A program made the position numbers and the translations under genes. A stretch of DNA of 64,000 nucleotides from Chloroflexota bacterium (GTDB lineage: Bacteria; Chloroflexota; Limnocylindria; P2-11E): assembly GCA_005887995.1 (NCBI GenBank), contig VBJD01000026.1, positions 438-64,437 of the forward strand, read 5' to 3'. Below, in pieces: positions 47,893 through 55,900 of this stretch (within the stretch, counting starts at the first letter, position 1; the number at the start of each line of letters is the position of its first letter). The notes below the pieces were generated by a model, which saw only the letters and a program-made list of their open reading frames with translations, was not told the origin of the DNA and did no database searches.

Positions 47893-49149
47893 CTAACCGC
47901 TGCTAGCAGGCAGCGCTTCGAGATCCGCGCGGTAGCGAGCGAGCTGTGGCACAAATCCTTGCGTCGCGATGACCACGCCGACACACGCGAGCCCACCGGT
48001 GATCACAGAGAGCTCAGGCGTGAGCAGCTCCGCGACGACGCCGGATTCGAACTGCCCCAGATAGGGACCGCCGGCGACGAAGACGAGGTTGATCGCGGAC
48101 AGGCGGCCGCGGAGTGCGTCCGGCGTTTCAAGCTGCAGGATCGTGTGGCGGAAGATCGCGCTCACCGTATCGGCGCCTTGCGCGATCGCGAGGAGGACCA
48201 AGCCCAAGAGGAACCCAGTCGGCGGAAGGAAGCCGAAGGCGGCGATCGCGAGTCCGAAGACCGCGACCGCGACGAGGATCCCCAGGCCCTTCCGCGATAC
48301 GCCAGCGGTCCATCCGCTCGTGAGCGCGATCACCGCGGCGCCGACGCCCGGCGCGGCGTAGAGCACGCCGAGTCCTTCCGGCCCGACCGCGAAGACGCGG
48401 TCCGCGAAGTACGGCATCACCGCTCGTGACACCGCGAAGAACGTCGCGAAGAAGTCGACCGACATCGTCGCGAGGAGGAGCGGCCGTGACCAGAGGAAGG
48501 CGATGCCTTCGGCCAGCGCGCGCAGCGGCGGCGCGTGCACGACGGTGAGGTCGGCACGCGGAACGCGCATCAGCAGCAGGGCCACCGTCGCGCCGGCGAA
48601 CGTCGCGACGTCGATCCAGTAGGCCGACGCGAGCCCGAGTTGCGCGATGAGGAGTCCCGCGGCGGCCGGGCCGATAACCGACGCCAGCTGCCACTGCGTC
48701 TGCGTCAGCGCCATCGCCGCCGGGATGAGACGGCGCTGGACCAGACTCGGTGCGAGCGCGCTGCGCGCGGGTTGATCGAGTGCGCCGATGCCGGCTCCGA
48801 CCGCCGTTAGCACGTAGAGCAGCGGCAACGTCGCGGCGTCAAGTTGAGTCGCGATCGCGAGCGCGACAGATACGAGCGCGAGGCCGACGTTCGTTGTGAG
48901 GAGCAGGCGCCGACGGTCGACGCGATCCGCGATGACGCCGCCCCAGAGCGAAAGGACGATGAGCGGCACGGCCTGGAAGAGCCCGAGCAGACCCACGGCG
49001 AAGGTGGACCCGGTGAGCAGGTAGACCTGGTACGGGAGCGCAACGAACCGCACCGCCGAGCCGACCTGCGAGATGAGTTGACCGCTCCAGAGAAGACGGA
49101 ACTCGCGGGACGTGCGAAGCGGCGAGATGTCGGGGAGGAGCGAGGGCAC
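47893..49149 (-). CDS. MFS transporter (MFS_3/EntS-like)
   Basis: FRLLWSGQLISQVGSAVRFVALPYQVYLLTGS, GGVIADRVDRRRLL, 12 TM pattern. Confidence 0.85.
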   Translation of the reverse strand: MPSLLPDISPLRTSREFRLLWSGQLISQVGSAVRFVALPYQVYLLTGSTFAVGLLGLFQAVPLIVLSLWGGVIADRVDRRRLLLTTNVGLALVSVALAIATQLDAATLPLLYVLTAVGAGIGALDQPARSALAPSLVQRRLIPAAMALTQTQWQLASVIGPAAAGLLIAQLGLASAYWIDVATFAGATVALLLMRVPRADLTVVHAPPLRALAEGIAFLWSRPLLLATMSVDFFATFFAVSRAVMPYFADRVFAVGPEGLGVLYAAPGVGAAVIALTSGWTAGVSRKGLGILVAVAVFGLAIAAFGFLPPTGFLLGLVLLAIAQGADTVSAIFRHTILQLETPDALRGRLSAINLVFVAGGPYLGQFESGVVAELLTPELSVITGGLACVGVVIATQGFVPQLARYRADLEALPASSG

Positions 49150-49173
49150 TCGCCGGGAGCATAGGTGCCGTGA

Positions 49174-50256
49174 TCAGCCGATGAGCGTGAGCAGCGGCGG
49201 GCCAAGGAACACGAGCAGCAGCGCCGGCAGGATGCAGAAGGTGAGTGGGAAGAGCATGAGGACCGGAAGCCGGCGCGCGCGGGCCTCCGCGCGGTGACGT
49301 TCGGTCGTGCGGATCGAGTCGGCCTGGAGCACGAGAAGCCGCGCGAGCGGCGAGCCGAACCGCATCGACGCGACGACGAGCGCCGTGATGCGGGCTTCGT
49401 CCGGCCCGCGCGCGAAGGTCGCGAGCGCATCGCGCAGCGGCCGGCCGAGCGCGAGGTCCGCGAGGAGTCGACGCGCATCCGCGTCGCGCGTCGTGAGTGA
49501 TGCGCGCTCGACGAGACCCGCGAGCGCGCGCTCGAAGGTGAGGCCGGCCTCGAGTCCGACGACCATGGCGTCGAGGAACGACGCGAGATCAGCGGGCGCG
49601 AGCGTCGAGCGCACGATGCGCCACAGCCACGCAGCTCCGGCGCACTCGAACGCGAGCGCGAGGACCAGCACGATGCGCCCGGCGTCGAACAGCGTCGCGA
49701 GGTAGCCGTCCATCGCGAGCGAGAAGAAGACCACACCGAGCGGCGCGAGCGCGACGAGCACGAGGGCCGATGCCTGACTTTGGGCGAGGAGTGCGGCGCG
49801 CTCCGCGGCGAGCGCAAGCCGGCTTCGCAGCAGCGCGGCGATGCGCTCGAGACTCGCGCTCACGCGACCCCCGCTGCGCGCGAACGCCGAGAGCACGACC
49901 GCGAGCGGCGCGATGTCCTCCGCGGGCACGACGGCGTGGTACTCCACGAGCGCGACGCTTGGCGACGCGCCGAGGGTGAGCGATGCGGCAACGCGTCTCG
50001 TCGCTGCGGCGAGGCGGGGTTCGAGCGTCGGCGCGATCTCGGCGAACGCGACCGAGAGCGACACCCCGCCCGCGAGCGCTCCGGCGAGCGCCTCGATGAG
50101 GCCGGGCAGAGCAGCGCGCGATGCGCTCGTGCCGCACGAGCGACGCGGCCACGCGAGCAGCCGGATCGCGCGCCCGCGGCGCTGGCTCGACCCTCCATCG
50201 ACGAACGTCGCCGCGAACAACGCCGTCGCGGCGAGCCCGAGGATCGCGGCGATCAC
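49174..50256 (-). CDS. Tad-like platform protein with two T2SSF domains in one polypeptide (TadB-TadC fusion-like)
   Basis: Two repeats: PGLIEALAGALAGGVSLSVAFAEI... and FLDAMVVGLEAGLTFERALAGL... Each is followed by TM pairs. ATGA overlap with the upstream ATPase. Confidence 0.7.
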   Translation of the reverse strand: MIAAILGLAATALFAATFVDGGSSQRRGRAIRLLAWPRRSCGTSASRAALPGLIEALAGALAGGVSLSVAFAEIAPTLEPRLAAATRRVAASLTLGASPSVALVEYHAVVPAEDIAPLAVVLSAFARSGGRVSASLERIAALLRSRLALAAERAALLAQSQASALVLVALAPLGVVFFSLAMDGYLATLFDAGRIVLVLALAFECAGAAWLWRIVRSTLAPADLASFLDAMVVGLEAGLTFERALAGLVERASLTTRDADARRLLADLALGRPLRDALATFARGPDEARITALVVASMRFGSPLARLLVLQADSIRTTERHRAEARARRLPVLMLFPLTFCILPALLLVFLGPPLLTLIG

Positions 50257-51365
50257 AGGATGGGCCGCAGCTCGTATGTATCGCGCGCGTCGGGGACGAC
50301 CTCGACGACGTGCGTGATGCGCCGCCGTCCGTCGGGCAGGCGCTGCTGCTGGATGACGATCTCGATCCCGCGGCGGATCTGCTCGCGTATGGCGGCGAGC
50401 GGCAGATCGACGCCTGCCATGAGCGCCATCGTCTCGAGCCGCAGGAGCGCTTCATACGGTCCGTTCGCGTGCGCGGTGGTCAGCGAGCCGCGGTGACCGG
50501 TGTTCATCGCCTGGAGCATGTCGAGCGCCTCGCCACCACGGACCTCACCGATGACGATGCGGTCCGGACGCATGCGGAGCGCGGCGCGAAGCAGCGTGCG
50601 GACGTCGATCGCGCCCGTGCCCTCGACGCTCGGCGACCGCGTCTCGAGTGACACGACGTTGGGCTGCGGCAGCCGGAGCTCGGCCGCGTCCTCGATCGTG
50701 ACGATGCGCTCGCTCTCGCCGATCGCGAACGCGAGCGCGTTGAGCGTCGTCGTCTTACCGCATGATGTCCCGCCGGAGACGAGGATCGAGCGGCGATCGC
50801 GCACGGCACCGACGAGCACGTCCATCGTCGCGGCATCGCACGTGTCGAGACGCACGAGGTCCTCCGGGCCAAGCGCGCGCTGCGTGAAGCGACGGATGGT
50901 GAGGATCGGTCCGGCGAGCGAGATCGGAGGGATCGCCGCGTGCACGCGCGAGCCGTCGGCGAGACGCGCGTCGACAAGCGGATTCGCAAGGTCGATGCGT
51001 CGCCCGAGCGGTGCGACGAGGCGCTCGATGATGAGGACGATCTCGTCCTCAGACGCGAACTGCACTGCCGCACGTTCGAGGCGGCCCTCGCGCTCGACCC
51101 ATACGCCGCGCAGTCCGTTCACCATCACCTCGCTCACGCGTTCGTCGCGCAGCAACGGTGCGAGCGGGCCGAGGCCGAAGAGCCGATCGTCGAAGAAGCG
51201 CTCGAGCTCCACGAGCTCGACGGAGGGCGCGACGATCCGCTCGGCGGTGAGCGTGTCGCGGAGCGCCGCCTTCAGCATCTCGCGGCGCGGCCGCCCGTCT
51301 TGTGCTTCGCGCAAACGCGAGACGAGACCGCGTTCGATGCGCTGCTTCGTCGACTCGGTCGTCAC
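50253..51365 (-). CDS. CpaF/TadA-like secretion ATPase (short form, variant Walker A GGTSCGKTT)
   Basis: VTIEDAAEL, IVIGEVRGGEA, TGHRGSLTTAHAN. Lacks the long N-terminal region of the 43035..44456 paralog. Confidence 0.9.
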   Translation of the reverse strand: MTTESTKQRIERGLVSRLREAQDGRPRREMLKAALRDTLTAERIVAPSVELVELERFFDDRLFGLGPLAPLLRDERVSEVMVNGLRGVWVEREGRLERAAVQFASEDEIVLIIERLVAPLGRRIDLANPLVDARLADGSRVHAAIPPISLAGPILTIRRFTQRALGPEDLVRLDTCDAATMDVLVGAVRDRRSILVSGGTSCGKTTTLNALAFAIGESERIVTIEDAAELRLPQPNVVSLETRSPSVEGTGAIDVRTLLRAALRMRPDRIVIGEVRGGEALDMLQAMNTGHRGSLTTAHANGPYEALLRLETMALMAGVDLPLAAIREQIRRGIEIVIQQQRLPDGRRRITHVVEVVPDARDTYELRPIL

Positions 51366-52291
51366 GACGTGTCGATGAGGAGCAGCTCGCTGAGGTCGTC
51401 GTAGGCGCGACCGAGCGCGCCGCGCACGGCCGCGCGCCCCGAGATCGCCGCGGCGACCGCAGGCTCGTCGCGCGGCAGGGCGCGGAACACGTTGCGTTCA
51501 CCGACGCGCGACCGCGCGCACTGCGAGCCGATGAGCCACACGTCATCGCTCTCGCTCGGCAGCGCCGCGGCGGACATCGGCTCGTCGTACGCGAGGAAGA
51601 GCGTCCGCTGTGCAAGCTGTGCGAGCGATGCCGTGAGCGCGTCGAATGCGATCGGCGCATCGACCAGCACGAGGTCGTCGGATGCGAGGGCGACGCGCAC
51701 GACCGCGAGAAGCAGCGCTCGCGTTGGCGCGAGACCCACGCCGCCGACGCAGCGGACGCCGGCGACGGGTTCGTCGGCCGCGAGCGCCAGCTGCTCGACG
51801 GACATCTCGTCCGCGAGCGCCTCGAGCGACGGCCACGATCGTGGATCGGCGCCGAGCCACCACGCCGCGGCGCCCGATCCGGTCGCGTCGAGGAGCCACA
51901 CGCGGCGCTGCTTCGCGATGCGACGCGCGACGTTGGTCGCGAGGAGCGTTCGTCCGACGCCGCCGCGCGCGCCGGTGACGACCATCATCCGCGTCGCGGC
52001 TCGGGTCCGCGTGGGGAGGATACGAACGAGCGCGGGCCCGAGTCGCGCCGGCTCGATGCCCGCGACGAACGACGCGTCGAGGCCCAGCGCCGCGACGAGC
52101 GGTCGCTCCACGTCGCCGCCGACGAAGACGCGCGGGACGCCGGTCATCGCGGCGGCCCGTCGTACCGCGGCGGCGTCGCGCAGATCCACGACGAGCGCCT
52201 CGGGGCTCGTGTCGCACGGCTCGAAGCCGAGCGCGAGCACCGCTGCATGCAGCGCCTCGTCGCCGAGCACCGCGACGCGCGCCGACGGCAT
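51362..52291 (-). CDS. CpaE/TadZ-like ParA-fold protein with degenerate receiver-like N-domain and degenerate P-loop
   Basis: Trimmed from track ORF 51362..52855 to ATG 52291 (TGATG overlap). VVTGARGGVGRTLLATNVA has the signature Lys replaced by Arg. The N-terminal 100 aa is receiver-shaped but has no acidic pocket that I can see. Confidence 0.65.
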   Translation of the reverse strand: MPSARVAVLGDEALHAAVLALGFEPCDTSPEALVVDLRDAAAVRRAAAMTGVPRVFVGGDVERPLVAALGLDASFVAGIEPARLGPALVRILPTRTRAATRMMVVTGARGGVGRTLLATNVARRIAKQRRVWLLDATGSGAAAWWLGADPRSWPSLEALADEMSVEQLALAADEPVAGVRCVGGVGLAPTRALLLAVVRVALASDDLVLVDAPIAFDALTASLAQLAQRTLFLAYDEPMSAAALPSESDDVWLIGSQCARSRVGERNVFRALPRDEPAVAAAISGRAAVRGALGRAYDDLSELLLIDTS

Positions 52292-52707
52292 CACCGACTC
52301 GAGCGGAGCAGCGCGATGAGCTGCATGCCGCCGGCGCGCGCGCTCGCGAGCGCGGCCGCGTCGCTCTCGTCGACCTCGAGCAAGAGGCCACGGTCGTCGG
52401 CGAGGATCACCGCGGCGCCGTACACGAGAGGCGTCGCGAACGCGCGATCGCCGATCTTCATACCGAAGACATCGAGCAGATCGCCACGTCGGAGGCGCGG
52501 TACCGGCGCGGCGAGCCAGGTCGATGGGACGAGGATCGCCCACGTCGCGGGATGCAGCTCGTCGGCGAGGCTCGTCTGCGCGGCCGCGGGCGCAGTCGCG
52601 GATTGTGACGATGCGAGTGCGCCGAGCGCGAGGAGCGCGGACGCGATCCCGAGCGCGATGCGCCGTCGATCGGGAAACCGCGACCGGACCGTCAGCGACG
52701 GGAGCAT
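52291..52707 (-). CDS. Mini CpaB/RcpC-like pilus assembly protein (138 aa)
   Basis: Trimmed to ATG 52707. N-terminal TM (RRIALGIASALLALGAL). RRGDLLDVFG...VILADDRGLLLEVDESDAAALASARAGGMQLIALLRS resembles the RcpC C-terminal beta-clip domain. No full SAF domain. Confidence 0.5.
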   Translation of the reverse strand: MLPSLTVRSRFPDRRRIALGIASALLALGALASSQSATAPAAAQTSLADELHPATWAILVPSTWLAAPVPRLRRGDLLDVFGMKIGDRAFATPLVYGAAVILADDRGLLLEVDESDAAALASARAGGMQLIALLRSSR

Positions 52708-53117
52708 TCGCCCGCGGGGAATCCGGCGCGGTACGACGCGCCGGACGAGAGGATCGTGACCTCGACGCGGCGGTCGGCGCAGCGGAGCGTGACATCGTCG
52801 ATCGCGCTGCCGCCGTTCGCGGCGCTGGCCTCGGCGGCTGCGGCACGCGCGGCATCGTTCGTCGCGGCGGAGCCGATGACGCGGCCGATGTCCATCACGC
52901 GCTTCTTCGCGACGGCCTCGCGGAGCGCCGCCGCATACGCGTCCGCGACCGCGGTCGTCGCGGCCTCGGCCGCGGCCTCGCCCGCGCGGCGCGACCGTTC
53001 GAGCGCGAAGGCGCGAGCCTGCTGGAGCTGGAGACCGATGAGGACGGCGGCGGCGATCGCGATGATGAACGCCGCGAGCAGGACCGCCTGTCCGCGGTCG
53101 TCCCTCACGGCGTCCAT
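52692..53117 (-). CDS. TadG-like (Tad_N) pseudopilin-like protein
   Basis: RGQAVLLAAFIIAIAAAVLIGL is an N-terminal Tad_N-type segment. Confidence 0.6.
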   Translation of the reverse strand: MDAVRDDRGQAVLLAAFIIAIAAAVLIGLQLQQARAFALERSRRAGEAAAEAATTAVADAYAAALREAVAKKRVMDIGRVIGSAATNDAARAAAAEASAANGGSAIDDVTLRCADRRVEVTILSSGASYRAGFPAGECSRR

Positions 53118-53500
53118 TCGATGCGCCGCGCGGACGACGCCGTGACGACGACCTGCGAGAGACCGACGAAGCGCAGCGGCATCGGGATCGCGTAGCTCGC
53201 GCGCACCACGAGCAGCGAGCCGCGCGGATCGCTGTTGCGCGGCGGCACTCCTGCTGCCGGCTCGATGGCGGTGACGACACGCTCGGCTACCAGCGGCGTC
53301 ACGGCGGCGGCAAGCGTGGAGCGGATCGCCTCGTCGTCGTTCGTGAGCGCGCCGGCGCGCGCCGCTTCGGCGGTCGCATGCTGCAGCGAAAGACGGGCGA
53401 CGCCGACCTCGGCCGTGAGCAGGATCGCGAAGGTCGCGATCATGAGCACGGGTAGCACGAGCGCGAATTCGACGAGCGCCTGGCCGCCGTCGCGCGTCAC
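53105..53500 (-). CDS. TadE-like pseudopilin
   Basis: Trimmed to GTG 53500. GGQALVEFALVLPVLMIATFAIL is the TadE N-terminal signature. Confidence 0.7.
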   Translation of the reverse strand: MTRDGGQALVEFALVLPVLMIATFAILLTAEVGVARLSLQHATAEAARAGALTNDDEAIRSTLAAAVTPLVAERVVTAIEPAAGVPPRNSDPRGSLLVVRASYAIPMPLRFVGLSQVVVTASSARRIEWTP

Positions 53501-53522
53501 GCGCGTGCGCTGCGCCGTCGTC

Positions 53523-54584
53523 TTACGGACATGGTTTTCGCGTCGCGCGCGGCAGCAGCTCACGCAGTCCCTGCACGATGGGGATGCGGAAGATCGGGTT
53601 CGTCTTGCTCGCGTACACGCACGCAAGCACGGTGAGCACGCAGATCGCACCGAAGACATGCCAGCCGAGCTCATCCGACCGGTCCTCGATCGCCTGAACG
53701 AGCAGCGGGCCGCGGTGCTCCGGCGGGACGGCTCTCGTCGTGATCGTGCGGAACGTCAGATCGATCGCTTCGGGATCGTCGAGGATCCCACCGTGACCTT
53801 CGAGCGCGCGACCGAGCGTGCGCGATGCGACACCGGGATCGCGTGCATCGCGCGGCGTGACGAGCGTGTCGTTCGCCTCGCGCAGATCGAGGCGGACGAC
53901 GCCCTTCGGCGGCGGAATCGGCCGCGTGCTCGCGAGATCGCGCACCGCCTGCGACTCGCTCTCCATCCGCAGCCAGAGCAGGCTCTCGTGGATGGCCGGG
54001 TTCGGTCCGCGCGCCACGCTGTTCGCGAGCACGAATCCGCGCGCCGCGTCGCTCCCGCTATGCGGCGCGGACCAGGCGACGTACGTTGCGACGCCGTCCT
54101 CGTGCGACAGTCCTTGGGCGAAGGCACGATCGGCGACGACGCCGCCCATCGAATGGGTCACGATGTGGACGACGGAGTGCGTGGGCGCGAGGGAGCGGAT
54201 GTGATCGCGCAGGTTGATCGCGCTCGCGTCGATCGATCCGAACGTGTCGAACGGGAAGCGCGGATCGGTGCCGAAGCGGACGACGTCCGTGTTCGGCAGC
54301 GCGGCAAGGCGTTCACGCAGCGTGTCGAACGTCCCGTCATCGGGACACGCGCAGGACTGATAGCCGCCGACAAGGATCACGAGCTCCGGGAGCTCCGCGT
54401 CGGTCGGTGCCGGGCTTGCGGTCGGTGCATCGACGTGGCGCAGAACGCCCAGCGGCGGGCGGATGTGAGGGCTCGCAGTGGCATTGCCCCTGGAGCCCTC
54501 GTCCGCTGAGGCGACGAGCGCTGCGGACGCCAGGAAGGGAAGGGTGAAGGCCATGACGACCGCGGCGCGAAGGAGCCGTCGCAT
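53523..54584 (-). CDS. Secreted alpha/beta-hydrolase (lipase/esterase-like, PGAP1-like) with C-terminal TM anchor
   Basis: Signal MRRLLRAAVVMAFTLPFLASAALVASA. Nucleophile elbow VTHSMGG. C-terminal TM WHVFGAICVLTVLACVYA. Lies 22 nt upstream of the TadE-like gene. Confidence 0.7.
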   Translation of the reverse strand: MRRLLRAAVVMAFTLPFLASAALVASADEGSRGNATASPHIRPPLGVLRHVDAPTASPAPTDAELPELVILVGGYQSCACPDDGTFDTLRERLAALPNTDVVRFGTDPRFPFDTFGSIDASAINLRDHIRSLAPTHSVVHIVTHSMGGVVADRAFAQGLSHEDGVATYVAWSAPHSGSDAARGFVLANSVARGPNPAIHESLLWLRMESESQAVRDLASTRPIPPPKGVVRLDLREANDTLVTPRDARDPGVASRTLGRALEGHGGILDDPEAIDLTFRTITTRAVPPEHRGPLLVQAIEDRSDELGWHVFGAICVLTVLACVYASKTNPIFRIPIVQGLRELLPRATRKPCP

Positions 54585-54647
54585 CGCGGCGCAGTGAACG
54601 CGCGTGCCGAGCGAGCGCGGAGAGGAGAGGCGGTCGGTACCGGGGTA

Positions 54648-55373
54648 CTAAGGGCGAGCGCGGGCGACCGCGGCGGCCTGCTCGTTCGCGAGACGCTCCT
54701 CGCGATCTTCAAGTGGCGAAAGACGCACTGTCCCGTGGCGGCGCTCGAGCGCCCAAGTGAGGAGCTTGTCGGCGAGCCACGGATTCTTCGGAAGGCACGA
54801 TCCATGGCTGTACGTCCCGACGAGCTTTCCCTGCACGGCGCCTTCGGTGTGGTCCTCGCCGTTGTTGCCGTGACCCACGACGACCGCACCGAGCGGGACC
54901 GCGCGCGGACCGAGATACGTGCGACCGCTGTGGTTCTCGAACCCGACGAGCAGACCCTCGGGCGTCTCCGCCACGAGGTTACCGACGAAGCGCTGCTTTC
55001 CCGCCTTCGTGTGCACATCGAGCACGCCGAGCCCCGGGATCGGGTCACCGACCTCGGGCAGGTACTCCGTGCCGAGCAGCTGGTACCCACCGCAGACCGA
55101 GAACGCGGCCGCGCCGCCCGCGATGGCCTTGCGCACCGCGTCGCCGTTCGGGCCCTGCAGGTCGGCGCCGACGACGTCCTGCCCGATGTCCTGTCCGCCA
55201 CCGAAGAAGAACAGATCGGGCCAATCGGGATCGAACGTCATGCCCGTCGTGTACGCGCGCACCTCGACGGCGATGTCGCGCCAGCGCGCACGCTGCGACA
55301 GAGCGATGACGTTGCCGCGATCGCCGTAGATCCCCATGAGGTCCGGGTACAGGTGAGCGATGCGCAGATCCAC
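54648..55373 (-). CDS. gatD: Lipid II isoglutaminyl synthase, glutaminase subunit GatD
   Basis: Aligns along its full length with GatD as I remember it (IAHLYPDLMGIYGDRGNVIAL, FFGGGQD, CGGYQLLG, VGFENHSGRT, GNNGED, GTYSHG). GTG start, TAGTG overlap with the upstream gene. Confidence 0.9.
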   Translation of the reverse strand: MDLRIAHLYPDLMGIYGDRGNVIALSQRARWRDIAVEVRAYTTGMTFDPDWPDLFFFGGGQDIGQDVVGADLQGPNGDAVRKAIAGGAAAFSVCGGYQLLGTEYLPEVGDPIPGLGVLDVHTKAGKQRFVGNLVAETPEGLLVGFENHSGRTYLGPRAVPLGAVVVGHGNNGEDHTEGAVQGKLVGTYSHGSCLPKNPWLADKLLTWALERRHGTVRLSPLEDREERLANEQAAAVARARP

Positions 55374-55777
55374 TACTTGTTCGCCTTCTTGCTCGTGTTC
55401 TTGCTCGCGGTCTTCTTCGTCTTCGCGGTCTTCGCCGGAAGCGTCTCCGCATACGCGAGGCCGTCGGCGATCCAGCGCTTGAGCGAGGCGCCCTTCATGT
55501 CCTTCGCCGGCACCTCGACGTACTCGCCCATCGGTCGCCCCGGCATCGGCTCGAATCGGCGCGCGCCGGCCTTCGTGGCTTTCGCCCGACCGGTCTCGTC
55601 GAGGCGCACCGCGATCTTCGGTCCGAATGTGAACGCGAACATGTTCCCGTTCACGAAGAGCGCCGGGTAGCTGAACATCGTCTTCCGCGCGATGTCGCTT
55701 CGCGCCGGCGACGCTCCGTCGAACGCCGCGACCACCTCCGGCGGCGTCTTCGTGAACTTCGGCATCTCCCGCGGCAT
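55373..55777 (-). CDS. TfoX N-terminal domain protein with Lys-rich tail
   Basis: KTMFSYPALFVNGNMFAFTFGPKIAVRLDE...YVEVP fits the TfoX_N pattern (MFGG..lf.nG.mFa.v....l.lK). Tail AKTAKTKKTASKNTSKKANK. Confidence 0.65.
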   Translation of the reverse strand: MPREMPKFTKTPPEVVAAFDGASPARSDIARKTMFSYPALFVNGNMFAFTFGPKIAVRLDETGRAKATKAGARRFEPMPGRPMGEYVEVPAKDMKGASLKRWIADGLAYAETLPAKTAKTKKTASKNTSKKANK

Positions 55778-55900
55778 GTCCCCTAATCCTCTCTCAATCT
55801 CTCGCCTTCGCCTTGAGACCGCTCATGGCTGGTGGAGTCGCTCCTCCCGCACGCGCTTCGCGACTGAACCCCCACCCCTGAGCCTTTCGTCGCTCCCATT

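Noticed and set aside
47947-47962. TGGCAC-aaatcc-TTGC sigma-54-like motif on the plus strand
   Set aside because: The spacing is one nucleotide too long (GG-N11-GC). It lies inside the 3' end of the minus-strand MFS gene with no plus-strand gene downstream.
51302-53280. Long ORFs 51302..52759 (+), 51492..52319 (+), 51543..52391 (-), and the 5' extensions of 51362..52855 and 52291..53280
   Set aside because: Arg-rich shadow or out-of-frame reads. Trimming to internal starts gives a tidy chain of overlapping Tad-like genes with recognisable N-terminal signatures.
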